This document shows, piece by piece, positions 1 to 14,074 of a stretch of 64,000 bases of DNA. Source of the stretch: Oopsacas minuta (Eukaryota; Animalia; Porifera); assembly GCA_024704765.1 (NCBI GenBank), contig JAKMXF010000301.1, positions 279,807-343,806 on the forward strand, in the 5' to 3' direction. The stretch's first letter is position 1. Every line of letters starts with the position of its first letter. The notes under the pieces were generated by a model. It made no database searches. It was given only the letters and a program-made list of their open reading frames with translations, and was not told the DNA's origin. The position numbers and the translations under genes were made by a program.

Positions 1-878
1 TAGTACAAATTAAGCGGTCACCAATTAGATAATCTAGCCCAGATCCACTGCATTTGGTTGGGCTGGTGAAATTAAAAAGGAACACTACAGAAGGGGTGAA
101 TGGAAATGCTAGCAGAAGATTTCCTATTATTATTATTATTATTATTGGATATTAGTAATAAATTACCTCCTAATTATCCATTTTATCACTGTGCCACTAT
201 ACAATAATAGTATAGTGGCTCAGTACAAAATCGGTGACTGAGTTTATAGGTAGATATATAGACTAACCGAACAAATGTACTTGTACATAAATAAATACAC
301 AATTGATAATCATGGAAAACGGCGAATATTAGAATATGCATATAATAATATACATGGAAGAACTCTTTGAATATGCTAGAGAACATTTTCCAGACTTAAT
401 CGTTGAATAATGTTCTAATTAGATATGTTCGGGCCAGACACAGCTCGATAAATGATAATGAGCAAATGTCTAAGCAGCTGATTATTTATAGGGATAGAAT
501 AGAGTGATTAGAAAATATCAAATTAGAAAAATATTCATCGATTCAATTGCACATTGCATAGAGTTCAACAATGCTGATATGCATATTTGAATTTTACAGG
601 GCTGTATTCTCCCATTATGTCAATTTCATATAGTAAAGAGCTAAACATCGTTGACATACTTGACATACTTCGTTGTCACAACAGTGCCACAAGTGGAAGA
701 AGTGGCGCCAGAATAAAATACAATGAGAATTTTCATTGATAACCCTAAACTGAATGGAAATATTCATATAGTCTGAGATCAAGTCGATGGTTTCAGCATT
801 TTTAATCAGAAACGAATTGTTAAGCAGGCAATATAAAGATAATCACGAAAGAATATATATCCATTTAGATTTCCATAC

Positions 879-1202
879 CTTTACTAGAAGATGACGTTCT
901 TGATCTTCGAGAGCTGGACTCATTAATAGAGGCAAAATTTGATTAAATAAAGAAGATGCACCAAATTCCCTTGCTTTATCAGTAATTTGTCGGAGAGAAG
1001 ATTTCCTCATTGGTGGTGTACCATTCTTTATCTTCAATAATAGTCTCATAATTTTTAACTCCTTTTGTTCTTCAGGTGGTAAAACATCTTCATCAATATC
1101 TTCAAGGAGTTTCCCGAAATACTGAATATCTTCTTGCTTTAAAAATGGAAGATTACCCATTGGTTGATCAGTAAAATGCTTAGTCGTTGATCTCTCATCG
1201 AT
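879..1202 (-). CDS. SF3B1: SF3B1 coding exon 5 (start of HEAT-repeat region); gene continues beyond the left edge
   Basis: Acceptor tttag|ATC at 1203/1202 and donor AAG|gtatgg at 879/878. Translates [33 protein letters not shown]...[50 protein letters not shown], which closely matches human SF3B1 GNLPFLKPDDIQYFDKLL...[50 protein letters not shown]. 324 nt, phase 0/0. Confidence 0.97.
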
Positions 1203-2766
1203 CTAAAGTATATACAGAATGTTATTCCGGATAATAGAAAAAGATGAGAAGGAGATATAATCTGTCGAATACCAAGGGCACTATGATTAATATATAATAT
1301 AGCAGAAATTATGCTATCATAACTATTCCAATTGATTAAACAATGGCATTTTGTACTAGTATACTTAGAGGATCCTTTACGTTCAGTTGCATCATCAATA
1401 TTTCCAATAATGGATATTTAAGTGAATATTGCCGATTGTTGTTAGCATGAACATCTACAAAATATTGATATGCAGTAGAGTCCTCGAATAACGGACACAT
1501 TGGAGAATGAACTTTTTACATTATAGTGAAGTGTCTGTTTCTCAGAGAGTGTTCTATATGTTAAAAATCCCGAATAAAATGATTAGAAGTTAAAATATAC
1601 TTTATATGCAGATAAGAATACTACTGCACACATGTACACATAGATATTTACGCAGCCTGTGGTAAGTTTGAATCTTGAAAGAATTTTCTAAACTTCAATA
1701 AATTGTGATTACATAAATTGCCTAGTACATGAATATCTTGTATATGGAATTCAAAGATACTAGCTACAAGATACGTTTTGTTCAAAATTGGACAAAATAT
1801 CAAATGGAAAGTATGTGGCGTTGTTGCTCTTAATACAAGTTTACACCGACAGTCACAATTCGTGCAAATCCGATCGGTAGATATACAGGAGAAATTGCAA
1901 ACTCTCTATTTATGGGGAACATGAGAAAGTGGGGCAATTTGATCCACATTCATTCATGACGATAGAAACTAACCTCTATAAGCGGGGAGTGAGTGAAGGG
2001 AATACTTTAAAGAAAATTATGTCGTTTGAATCAAAAAGTACATACATTGATTAACCTGCGACTATATCAATTACTGAATTAAAATATTACAGTATATAAT
2101 GGCACTTGCAATAGCTTTACTATAATCTCAAAGTTGAAATGTTAGATTTGTCGGATCAAAGAAATAAAAAATGATTTTCAAAACAACCAGTCATTCTCAT
2201 AGTTAAGATGAACATAACATTACTTCGAGTGTGAAAGCACGAGTATACTTATCGACATCGCTTGAAGTAGTTCAAGGCCGGAAATTTTATTTACCATCTC
2301 ATACTACGAGCGTTCAATAAGTCCTAGGCCCTTTACTACTAAAGCGAACACAATTTTTGATATAATTACTCTTTCGCACACATGTTTGTGGCAGACTGAT
2401 AACCAGTCAAAAATATTTTATTGTAATCTTCAGGAGAGATGGCTTTGGGGTCATCTAAACAGCGTTTGATAGGTCGATCCTGCTCTAAAAAGTTTGCTTG
2501 CGAGGAAGTTTTTAGTTTTGAGAACAACGATAAGTTGCATGGGACAATGTCAGTTGAGTAGCCTTGAAGTTCTAGTTTGTGGATATTCTAGCTCGTGTTT
2601 TGATATAAAATACACTACAGAAAGTTAGTGCTCTTTGAGAATCTAGTTTTTAGGTTACTATTTAAGATTTTACTATTGAAGACAAGAATCATTTTGTATT
2701 ACTAGTAGTTTGAAGACAATATATACCAAAAAGGTTTTCAGTATGGAAGGCAGCGGTTGGTAATTA

Positions 2767-5054
2767 CACAGGTCAACAAAATTTAACTTTATTTTCTCAT
2801 CAAGTATTAGATTGACATTTTCTAAGCTAGTTTTTACGCTGAATTCAAATCTGCTTTCAGATTCTCTCCAGCACGTCCAGTTTTCTTTCCATCTACAAGT
2901 CAACGATTTTATGTATTTCCTAAATTTTTCCTGTTATTTTATGCTAGTGGCTGTCTTTTTGTCTTCTTACATGATAGCCATGAAATAAATCAACGTTTCG
3001 ATGTTTTAGATTAATGCCAAGATAATATCAGTTATTATCCTAGCTCTTACATATAATTATTCACATTCATGCATGTATCAACTACTCACAAACTAAGGGG
3101 AAATACATATCCATCTAGGAGTATAAAGGTAGCTAACTAAATTAAAAGTGTTGAGAGTACGACTTCCTTTTATATATCTTGTTGGGATTATCTCTGAAGA
3201 GGCTCCAATAGTAATCGGACATCATGCCCTCATTCCAGAAACCTTGGTATCGGGTTTCCATCTCTTGTATGTCTTGGTGGAATCTCTCACCCTGTTCATC
3301 ACTTACAGCACCAAGGTTCTCAGGGAAAAAATCAAGGTGAGAGTGCAAGAAGTGAAGTTTTAGCGACATGCGAAAGCCCATCTTCTCGTATGCGTTAAGC
3401 AAGGTTCCACTCCTTCTCTCTGTAGTTGGACGACTTCTTGTTGCCCAAAAAGTTTTCACAAACCCATTTGAAAGAATTCCAAGCACTCTTTTCTAATTCG
3501 GATAATATTTTCTCGAAATCTGGATCCCTGAATACTTGTCTGATTTGTGGTCCTACAAATACTCCCTCTTTTAACTTTGCCTCGTTTAGTTTCGGAAATT
3601 TGCCTACCAAATGCAGAAATCCTGCTGAATTTGTTTTGCCCATTGTTTTACCGAATGTTTTCATTAATCCAAGTTTAATATGAAGTGGGGGTAAGAAAAA
3701 TTTGTTTGGATCTACCAATGGCGAATGCTGTAAATTGGTTTTCTCCACTTCATAGGTTCTCTTCGGCCAATCACAATTTTTATAATCTTCACCAGTTGCT
3801 CGGCTGTCTCATAGACATAGGAAACAACAATACTTTGTAAAACCTTGTTGTAAGCCCATCAATAGCCCGATTATCTTAAGATCACCGCAGATATTCCATA
3901 TATGTGTTCTATACTGTATTGCCTCCAAAACTTCCTGCAAATTGACGAAGGTTTCTTTGAGATAGACGGAGTGAGCAATTGGAACGCCAAGCTTTAGATT
4001 TCTGTTATGCACCAGAACAACTTTCAAACTGCGTTTTGACGAATCGATGAAAAGGCGCCAATCAGAGGAAGAATCTTCTTGTAATAGGTTTGCATAGAGT
4101 CCTTCGATATCATTACAATAGCACAGTGGACCATCAGTGGTGTAGTATTGAGCGAGATCGAAATTTCACTTGCGATAGTGGGATACCAGGACATCTTTGT
4201 CGAGTAGGTTTTTCTGTTTGAGCCTGGATGCAAGGAGTTCAGCTTTGTCTTTAGATAAGTCTAGATCCCTGACCAGGTCATTCAATTCTCCCTGTGTAAA
4301 TGTTTGTGGCTCTAGTAATTCATCTTCCGGGACATAATTAGCATCTGTAGAATCTGCATGAACATCTTCCACCATATCAGACCTGATTTTAATTTGCTGT
4401 GGTTTGGGAATTGGGATTGGTAATGAGATGTCGTGTGGAATTGGCCTGCGAGCAGAATCCAAGTCTGGGTAAACAAGAGCGTGCTTATTCTTGGCTGAGA
4501 ATCCTGTAATGTCGATAAGGCAAAAGTAACAATCATCAAGGTGATTTTTCTGTTCCCTCCAGACCATGGGTATTGCAAATGGCATTGAAACTTTCCTTTT
4601 GTTCAACCAATCACGTAGTCCACTTGAACAAGAAGTGCATATAACATGTGGTGCCCACGACTTGTCTTGGTCACCAAGTGGACATTCGAAGTCAATTTGT
4701 ATATGTTCTTTAATTGATTTGTGATTGGCCGTCTTTGTGATTTTACGCAAAAATGACCACAAACGTAACAAAAATTGTCGGGATGAGTTTTACAATTACG
4801 ATGCATGTTTATAATTTGATTTACTTGATTTCAAATAAGTAAAGTCATTATATTCCAGATAATTGAATCAAAATAGGCATGCTCATATAGCAATTTAATA
4901 ACTAGGTAATACTAGACTATTGAAAAAATGGATATTGGATTTCAGAATAGCTAGACGTGCTAGAGAAATTCTGATTGCAGATTCGAGTTCAGCATTCAAA
5001 AGTATGCTAAGATAATTGTATGCGATCTCTGATGAGAAATCTTGTTGAGTTGTG
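2767..5054 (-). mobile_element. Chapaev3-type (CMC superfamily) DNA transposon with frameshifted transposase
   Basis: Imperfect TIRs CACAGGTCAACAAAATTT.. and (reverse complement) CACAACTCAACAAGATTT.., sharing subterminal GCTGAA..CAGCACGTC.AG. 3-bp TTA TSD at 2764-2766 and 5055-5057. ORF pieces 4806->3142: N-terminal HPDNFCYVCG..WAPHVICTSC..PMVWREQKNHLDDCYFC zinc finger; C-terminal LPPLHIKLGLMK and HLDFFPENLGAVSDEQGERFHQD. Confidence 0.85.
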
Positions 5055-5419
5055 TTATTGAACTATTTGTAAAGGGGTCTAGTCAGAGCAATTTGCTGAA
5101 GATCTTGAATATTCCTAGGAGAAGGATATTGGAGGAGTTAGGGATAGGCGGAGGAGTTGACATCTTACATCGATAACTACCTGGAGGATGAAGAAGCGAA
5201 TCTTGCATCACACTTTGAGAAATCCTAAGAACTTAATGAGAGAATTCGCAGAATATTTCGTAGTTCAGTAAAAAAGATTGTCAAAAAGGACATACGCCTC
5301 TCTTCCTACAAATGAAAGTAGGTTCACCTCATTTCCAACCATGTAGAGCAAAAGCGATTTGCATGCAGTAAAGGACTTGTTCGGCGGTTTGCAGATAGCC
5401 TATAAATGTCAAAATGACA

Positions 5420-5830
5420 AGATCGGTTCATCATCATTATCTTCAATTCCAAATGAGCTCAATTATATAAAGAGGACTGAAAAACCGGCCTTCGTGATGG
5501 TTAGGGCTGGAATTTCAGTGCAAAGCCGAAGCCTGCTGGGATTTGTGACATCTGGGGTAAATCAACTCTTCAACATACAAAGAACTTATCTTAGAACCTG
5601 TTGTCATAGCCATAAGTGAAACAATTCTCATTATTCAGTCATTATTGTTTCAACAGGACGGTGCACCAGTCACACGTCAAATACCACTCAGACGTGGCTT
5701 CTAAATAACATCCCGTATATCATCCCTAAGAAGGAATTGCCAGACTCCAGCCTAGATCTCAATCCGTTGGAATTAGCTATCTGGGGAATCTTATAAACAA
5801 ATGCCTGTGCTAAATCTGACACATATACAG
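5420..5830 (+). pseudogene. Fragment of maT-like (DD37D/E) Tc1/mariner transposase
   Basis: Decayed KP.FVMV.AGIS, QQDGAP and .DLNPLE.AIWG motifs with 37-residue spacing after correcting one frameshift. No termini found. Confidence 0.65.
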
Positions 5831-5959
5831 AGTGACTCACGAGATCTTTGAATGGTTACATAATCATTGTTACATTGCAATACAAGAGGTAAATATAAGC
5901 TGAATAAAACATTCTTCAAATAGATATATAATTTATGGACTAATATGTATCAGAACTTA

Positions 5960-6150
5960 AAAGCCACCCTGTAGACTTTAAGTGAAATGTTTTGTGGCCT
6001 AGCATTATCATGCAGTAAATTTAGTCCTCTTGGTCTTGACTTGGGTCTTCGCTCCCAGTAGTGTTTGCGACTTTTGACAGGCAGTTTTTGGCATAAAATT
6101 CTCAAATAATGGTTGCGCTTTGGAGCGGTAATCTTGGCCTTGTGCATTGA
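5960..6150 (-). pseudogene. Short mariner transposase fragment
   Basis: Translation contains NHYLRIL...LNLLHDNARP, the mariner LLHDNARPH motif. Confidence 0.55.
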
Positions 6151-6507
6151 AAAATGTTGAAAACAGATACTTCTGGTATCTGATGTCCGGCCTTGGATTT
6201 AATGGAGGCCGATCTCCTCTCAGTACCCATATAAAATTCTTACATCAGACAGTGGCTCGTCAAACTTAATTCATGATTTATCACCAGTAATTATCTCATA
6301 TAATCTTCTTGGATCTGCGTCAACATACTCAGCAAAGTTATTCTTTGCGAAAAGGGCATTAAATTTGGAAAACAACTTGACACCATAATCACAATATGTG
6401 ACTTCTCTCTTGGCCCATTTTGTAGCAGGTAAGAGACTGATTTTCTTAAGAGATTTTACTCGCAATATACTTTTAGGTATTATTATCATGATCTAGTTAT
6501 CACCTAC

Positions 6508-7900
6508 CTAGTAATCATTGTCATTGGTGTCACGATTGGCACTGTAGATAAATGTCAATTTATGTGCTTTTTGTATGCTAAGCCGGTTTCTGACCTTGCA
6601 ATGAATGTATGCGTTTACACTAAACGCTCGTTCAATATCTGCAGAACTTGCTCGTATAGCTAATAACTTTCTGCTATCTTGATGAAATTTTCTGAGCCTT
6701 GGGAATGCCATCATGAAATTGGGTTTATAGTTTGCCTTACTGTTTTCAATTTTAACTTCTCTGGGACATGTATCTGTTTAGAATGATGGCCACGAATTCA
6801 AAGAATGAGTGGGGAAATTTTCTAGCCATTTCTTTCTGTTCATTGGTGGGAGTAAGTATTCCTTGGTAGTATTTCGGATGTAAAGTAATGCAATTTAGTC
6901 TTCAGATTTGATAAAGTTATGCCTTTTGGTTTCAATTTTGCTTTGACATGTTCTAAGTTTGGATCGTTTGGTATCCGAGCCAATTATACATCGCATCCGC
7001 AATAGAAGCTTTAGAGTTTTGTACTGCATCTAAAAAATGCTTTACTGGCTCTGGGACTTTCAGTAAATCTTTCACATTAGTAAATATTTCTAGGTCATTT
7101 AATTTACTGACGATTGCCTGCTCTATTTCATCAACATGGTCAGAAGAAACCGCAATCATTCCAGGACGGTTTTGCTTGTAGCTTTGGAGAGCATTGACAG
7201 TCTAGAACATCTGGTTACTGAAACAAGCTTGGGTCTAACTAAGGGGTTTATCTAGGTACTTGGTGGGCACCTAAAAGTGTCATTTCAGCACCCATGAAGG
7301 AAACAAAGTGCCGAATATCAGACTCAAATTAGTACAAGATCAATATGTTATCCCCAAAAATTGCCATTTATAGAAAGCCACTGCAAAAAGGTGCCGAATC
7401 AGAAATTCCTGTATAAAGCCCTGGTCTAACTACCTAGAATTTCCGATAGTCAATACGAAATCTTGCTATGATCTTTGAAAAACCAATTAATTTGAATGAT
7501 ATGATTTACAACTCCAGGTGGGGTTAGGTCCAAACTCAATAAATTAATCCGATGTGCATTGCAGCCTGAATATGAATTCCTCCTCTAACAATTTTCATCA
7601 GCTGCTTCATCCGTAGCATTTGCTTTCATTGTCTGTAACAATACTCGTTAATTCACCTCCTATATCTTGTTCAGCATTGTTAATGATCTTTAGACCCATA
7701 TCCTTCAGATATTCAGAAGAGGCTGTATCTCCCTTCTTGTCAATTGTTCATAGTGATAATCTTCACCCGTTGACAAACATTTTAAGCATGTACCAATAGT
7801 TGATGCCCGGGTAATATCACTGCAACTATCTAAAAGTAAACAAACCTCCTTACTTTTCAATTTTTGCACATGTCTTTCCTTAATGATCCGTATTGTTCAT
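6508..7900 (-). pseudogene. Decayed hAT transposase (catalytic core remnants plus hATC dimerisation domain)
   Basis: 6508-6714: ASSADIERAFSVNAYIHCKVRNRLSIQKAHKLTFIY (hATC). Upstream remnants SIVTDNES and CNAHRINLL near 7530-7680. Boundaries approximate. Confidence 0.75.
7241..7423. mobile_element. hAT-type MITE (183 bp) inserted in the hAT relic
   Basis: Exact 8-bp TSD GTCTAACT at 7233-7240 and 7424-7431. Termini AAGGGGTTTATCTAGG and (reverse complement) CAGGGCTTTATACAGG. Confidence 0.75.
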
Positions 7901-8964
7901 CCAGTCAGCGATTGCGAGTAAGTTTTGAACTTGGTGGTGTATATGATGGTCTAATAAAAGCACCATATTTTTAAAGTAGTGATAATCACCAAAATTAAAT
8001 TGAATGTTACAAGTATAAAACGCATCGCGACTGCTTTATCAAAGGATTCTTTCTCCTTAGAATTTGTCATGCTTATTCGATCACTAGTCAGGTATGATTG
8101 CTCTGTTTCGATAAGATCACCCTCGCTCAGAATAGGTATACCGCTACAACTCGTCAATTTAAGGTTTGAAATGAATTCCAGTCTATCTCAGTAACTTGAT
8201 TTGAATAGATGTACATATGCTGATATGAGCTCGCAATCTGATATACTTATCACTCAATTCTACATTACAATGTATACATTTCTGCTTAGAAGGTATTGAT
8301 GACGGGCAGTATTGATCGTGGACAGGATCTAATTTTCGTCCACCAAAGTTATTGGACTTATCGCAATGATTCTTTGAATGACTTCAGTCTAATGAAAATA
8401 AAAAATGATAGTATGTAGTAAAACAATTCATACTAAATAAACGAAAGGAATATCTACAATCATAGCATTATATATACTAAGGCAATGTCACTCTATCGAA
8501 ATTTGGACCATGGATTGTCATTAACATCAGACTACTTTACATCACAACTTTTGTATTTCTTAATATATCAAAGTGATTTCAACATTTATGTGTATCCAAC
8601 AACTGCTTACTCCTTAGAACATATTTTGGTATAATTTTGCCTGATTTATTAAACTTCAGTTTTGCACATGTTTGAATATCCAATTCAGTTGTATTGTCCG
8701 CGCGAATTGATCGCTTATAGTGCTCTAAGAATATGTACAATTCATTATGAGGATAGAGATCTTATGTAGCAACATGCAAACTATGTATTAGCATCAATAT
8801 TTGTGATTACTTTTGAGATTTTGTGTCTTAAACGTCTTAATATGAAAAATAATTTCCCCACCCATAAATTTTATATTCAATGTTGATAATATATAATAAT
8901 TATTGTAAATATTTTCGTTCTTCCAATTACTACATTATTTGTACTGCATCATCACATATTCAAC

Positions 8965-11612
8965 ATGACATGCCTAGTACCTGGTTGTAAGTCGAATTGT
9001 CACAGCCAAGGTGATTCATATGTGCCTACTTTTTCTTTTCCTACTGATGTTGAAACTCGTGAAAAGTGGTTTCGAGCGATTCCTCGACCGAAAGGAGACT
9101 ATGAGGAGAATAAACGATTTTTGGTAAGTTATTATAGAAATTTGTCTGTGATGTATAATTATTTCTATCTTTATAGGCCTGCATACACCATTTCCGTGAA
9201 GAAGATATCGAGAGGAATATTTAATATTATAACGGAGTTGAGATGGTCAAGATGCCCAGGAAAAAAGTTGCTCTTAAGAAATTTGCAGTTCCTAGTATCT
9301 TTCTAAATTGTCCAACTTATTTCACAATTGCAGTTGCTAAAACCCAAAGGCTATCTCTAGACGATAAAGGGGAGAAGAGGATGCAGGATGTATACAAGAA
9401 AAGTCGAGCAGAATTTCAACAGACCGAAGCTAAGTTAATGATTTCGAGTCTTTGTTGTATTATATCTAAGTTGCACATGATTGAACTCCCAAACGGTTGG
9501 CTTTTCCATCGCCCTGAATCTTCTAACATGCTATTTCTTAAGATTCAATTTTGTGACGAAGTTTCCACTACCGAACGATATATAATTGTAGATGAAAGTT
9601 TATTTTGTAAGTCTTTTTATAAAGAAAAGAACAAAATTCAGCTCTCGTCTTCCTCAATAAATGACATCAGGTTATTAAAAAACATTATACATGAAGTTGA
9701 TTTATTTGAAATATCTCCAAGTACTAATACAAATACCTCTGCGACATCTCTGATACAACATGTGGAGAATCCTATTCATAGTCTTGGCCAAGCTATTAAT
9801 ACATTAGAGCACACTGATTCCAAATTATATTTCGAATCGCTGAGGCTTCTTTACGAATATATCCTACATTTTTGCTCGATCAGTTGAAATATCTAATCAT
9901 TGATAAAACATGCTCGACGTTATAACATCATCACCCAGGTCTTGTGTTTAAAAATTCACGGCATTTCCCCAGCTTGTGACCGTCTCATTCAGGGCTCTAA
10001 TTACTCAACTTTTCCTCATGAGCGTAATTTGTTGAAAATAAAAATAGTATTGGTTTAGAGAGTGATTATACAAAAATTCTCAAGGAAGTTGCCACTACAT
10101 TCAATAATTTAGAACGCCATGTTATTCTTCAAATGGATGAGGTACATATCTGTGGTGAAGCATCATATAAGGGAAGGAGAGTAATTGGGTCGATTGACAA
10201 TCTTAATGATCCATATACAACAGATTTCTCCATGATGGTTTCTAGACTATCGGCCAAGTTTCCACCATTGATCGGTTGATTCCTTTGGGTTCTTCTTCTG
10301 CTGAATCATTGTATCCTATTGTAAGGTCTACTATCTGTGATATCGAAGCTTGCGGTCTATTTGTAGAAGCTGTTTGTACTGACAACTATCCACTGAACGT
10401 TCGTTTATACAAATTGTTTTCAACTAGTTCGAAACGGGAGCGAAAAGTACAACACCCCTACAGCCCACATAAAAATATAATTTTGCTTTTTGGTAGTGTT
10501 CATATCATTAAGTGCATCCGAAATAATTGGTTGAATCTCAAAAATATTGACAACACTTTCATTTTTCTGAAGTTTGACGGATGTCAAGTAAGTATTCAAA
10601 ACATCATTGACACAAAGAAAAGTTTTTACCTCTCCATCACTAGAGCCAACATTTCTACTGCCAATTTGACTTCTAGCTCTGTATATCCAGATATTTGTTA
10701 TGCTCGATTTCAAGATATACGAGACTTGTTTAGATCGGATAGATGTAATTTGTTAAAACAGGCACCAAAATTAACAGCGAAAGCTTGTTGGCTTTCAAGC
10801 TTAGAACGACAATATGTCAGTTTGCATTGAAAATTTTTCAAGAGACAAAATCTGCCGGCCAATTAGCGTGGAAAATCGAAAATGACACCAAACACATCAA
10901 TCAAACAGTAGATTTTCTTGATCTTATTAACCGGATATGGAAAATATTCAATGTGAACTGGGTTGGGAAAAATATACGTTTTAATGATGAATTTTCAGCC
11001 CCAATATACCCAGACGATTTTCAGGTGCCCTTTTTGAACAACGTGGTCTCCTGGTTGGATAGTTGGGTTAATCTACCTTTTTTGTCCGGAAAATTAACAC
11101 CACAAACCTTTACCAGCTTTAGACATACATGTGAGGCATTACCACTACTAGTCAAACAACTAACTGAAAATAGTGAGTACCAAAATCGTCTTACTGCGAG
11201 AATACAAAATGATGCTTTATAACACCATTTTGGATTATACAGACATATGTCAGGGTCTCACTATCAAATATCTTTTAACCAAGTTTTAGAAAGCGAACGA
11301 AGACTCCAACTTTCCAACTTTTCAATAGTTTTTGATATAAAATATGGTTTGGGAGAAAACGTTTCACTAAAAGAATACCTTAGGCAATTCGCAGACGATT
11401 GTGAGTTTATAAGTGACGAAAAGCAACTCGATATAGAACCTTATATGACTATATTGAATGATATCTCGCTCATTGAATTAGAAGTTTCTCAGATTGAATG
11501 CCTCATCTATATGGCAGGATATGCAGTCTTCTCTTACATAAAAAAGTCAAATACTTGTCAATATTGTTACGATATATTCACAACAGATAGACTCCTACGT
11601 TGGTTCTCTTAA
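8965..11612 (+). pseudogene. THAP zinc finger plus P-element transposase, many stops and frameshifts, with a 53-nt intron (9124-9176)
   Basis: MTCLVPGC..FSFPTD..REKWFRAIPR..FL|ACIHHF..AVPSIF after removing gtaagt...ttatag gives a complete C2CH THAP. Core motifs ILQMDEVH, DNYPLN, SVHIIKCIRNNWLN and QNDALEHHFGLYRHMSG are present. Confidence 0.85.
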
Positions 11613-12043
11613 ATATCCTTCTTCTTGTGTAGTAAAGTCTGTTACTATCTTGTATAAAGCCTTTCTGATGATAGATAACTGTGATGTCCTCAGCAAGAAA
11701 TTCTATTCTACACAGTCCCTTAGTTTGTTGGTACTCATTTCTATGACAATCATTTCAGAGAAATAGACTGATGTTTGGAATGATTGTTGCTCCTGTGGCG
11801 TTTGGAATCGGGACATATTGAAGAAATTGTGTGTTACATGGTCAAATATAATCTTGTCGAAGAGAGTCCGCAATTACAATTTTATGATTTTAAATGGGAT
11901 AATACTAAGCTTAAAAATACAAATAATTTTTCTTTGTTCTTTTTAGATGATTTTACTGTTAGAAGTTTGTGTAGAAGACTGAAGCTATTGTATTGTTATT
12001 CGATTTGTTATGTTCAGCTGGACGTTTATGATAGTATAATATA

Positions 12044-12823
12044 TCGGGTGGTCCAAAATAGACTGTACCTAAATTCTTTCCCCAACTGTTCAGGCAATAT
12101 TTTTGTCAGAGCAATGAAATTATTAATATATGTAGTTACATAATTCGATATATATCCCGTGAATACCAGGTCTCTAGCTTGACAACTTTTGGGTTTAGAG
12201 GAGCTGCACGATGTGGCCACCATTACATTCTTGGACATTTTTGAGTCGCAAAGCGAAATTCTGGAAAACTGACTTCAGAACATCTTCGCTTAATACTGTG
12301 ATTTCTAGCACAATATTCATTTTCAGTTGCTCATGTGTTCGGAGTAAGTGGATGTCTTCCTTCATAACCCTCATTAGCGATGCTCGTGGAATAACGAGTG
12401 CTAGACTCCTCTTTCTGGTCGATCGGCTGGGAGATGCGATAACATCATTTCGGATCTGCTCTTTAACGGCCGTGTCACAGTTTCTTCCTCCCTGAGTAGG
12501 CCCCATTTACAAGGGTCTTTGGTCTGAGGCGCTGAGCTTCTCTTCAGTCCACAACTTCCGCACCCACAAGAATATCAAGGATTTTACGGGCTTTATCGGT
12601 CTCAAATTTGTCTGGAATTCATTTATTTCTGTCTAGAAGCAGTGACACTCCAGATACAGTACAGTACAGTACAGAAGGTTCTCATTTCGAGGGTCCATTT
12701 GTTGTTTCTCTTTTCAACAAGGGATGTATCTAACATATCTAAAAATGACTATTGATTAATACAAGATATTGAGACTGGGCAGTCTAAAATATGTATGGGT
12801 ACATTCTATTTTGGACCACCCTG
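12044..12823 (-). mobile_element. Internally deleted DD41D/rosa-like Tc1/mariner element nested in the P element
   Basis: TIRs (t)CGGGTGGTCCAAAATAGACTGTACC and GGTACATTCTATTTTGGACCACCCTG with TA flanks. Contains a HTH-region remnant SPSRSTRKRSLALVIPRASLMRVMKEDIHL that resembles the element at 54456-55495. Confidence 0.75.
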
Positions 12824-14074
12824 TATTATTGCTACTACTACTAAGAGAATGTATTATGTTATTTATAGTTTACTACATATACGTATTGTACTGTTAAATA
12901 TATGGCTTGACTTATTAAAATCTCATTATGTTGATTTTTAATATTCTAATATTAAATAAATCAGGCCGGGTGTGGTAAATCATTTAAACTGATGATTAAT
13001 AATTAACTAGCAGCGCAGTAGATCACACCTATAGATACATTATACTTTGAAAGTGGATGGTAATGACAATCCATGGTCCAAAATTTCAATAGAGTGCAAT
13101 TGCCTTAGTATATAGAATGCTATGCTACAATATATACAAAATATGATAGCTGATAAGCGAAGTGTGATGTAGGAATTCTTCTAAACCAAACCAAAAATCA
13201 AAATAATCATCTCTAATCGGGTATTGCTAAAAGTTGTTGAAATATTATCCAGCATTTCATGAGAGACTTATTGAAGATCCGTTGTAAAATCTATGACTAC
13301 TAATACCTCGTTAATGACAGTATTTGACCTTCAGCCTAAAATTAACAGCTAAAAGGTTGTCATATGATATTTAGCTACTTCTAGTGTTTGGTGCTTAAGA
13401 TGAAAATTATCGATTCTAACCATATAATATTCAAAATTTTCTAGCAAGAAATATCATAATGTGAAAATATTTAAGGTAACAACATATTATGTTGGACACA
13501 GTTAAGGAAAGGATAAGTTGGGTTATATTGAAACTTGTTCACAATGAAATTAATGGGGCCTAGACAATGTGGCGCATTTTGTACCACAATTTCTACGTCG
13601 CGATAGCGTTTTCGGAATGTTTAAGCGCACCAATGGTGTCAATGCACAATATTTGCACCATGAGAGCGCCAAAGTTGGCTAAGCCCATGCTACATATAAA
13701 TAAAACATTGAATCATATTCGAACTGAAAATTTTGTTATAAAACAAAGTTGAGAGAAGTAAAGTGGGCGCGTTACCCTATTAGATGTTGTAGTACAAATG
13801 CAATGACTTATCTCTAGGCTAGGTGAGGCGCGATTCAAGTGACCCATAAATTGATGGAAATGAACAATGATAAATAATATTACAATAAAAAAGATTGTAT
13901 TGTATAAGGAATAAGTATATAGAGTTATGATTCCCACAATGTAAAAATGTTCAAATAAAATACATTAAAGTATGGAGACATTCCCAGGTGTATTGGGAGG
14001 AACGGGGAGACGGAAGGAGTTTCTCTATTGAAATATTTGATTATTCAACTATATTTTTATTTGTATTGAAATTA

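Larger units (their letters stand above)
8461..13124 (+). mobile_element. P-superfamily DNA transposon (THAP-domain transposase), full length but decayed
   Basis: About 68-bp TIRs CATAGCATT(A/C)TATATACTAAGGCAAT..GGACCATGGATTGTCATTA(A/C)CATC at 8461-8528 and 13056-13124. Exact 7-bp TSD CTACAAT at 8454-8460 and 13125-13131. Confidence 0.9.

Noticed and set aside
186-386. Next SF3B1 exon within 1-878
   Set aside because: No translation matches the expected [21 protein letters not shown], so the next exon must lie outside the window.
1473-1560. pogo-like MITE starting CAGTAGAGTCCTCGAATAACGGACAC
   Set aside because: Only one end was found, with no partner TIR or TSD.
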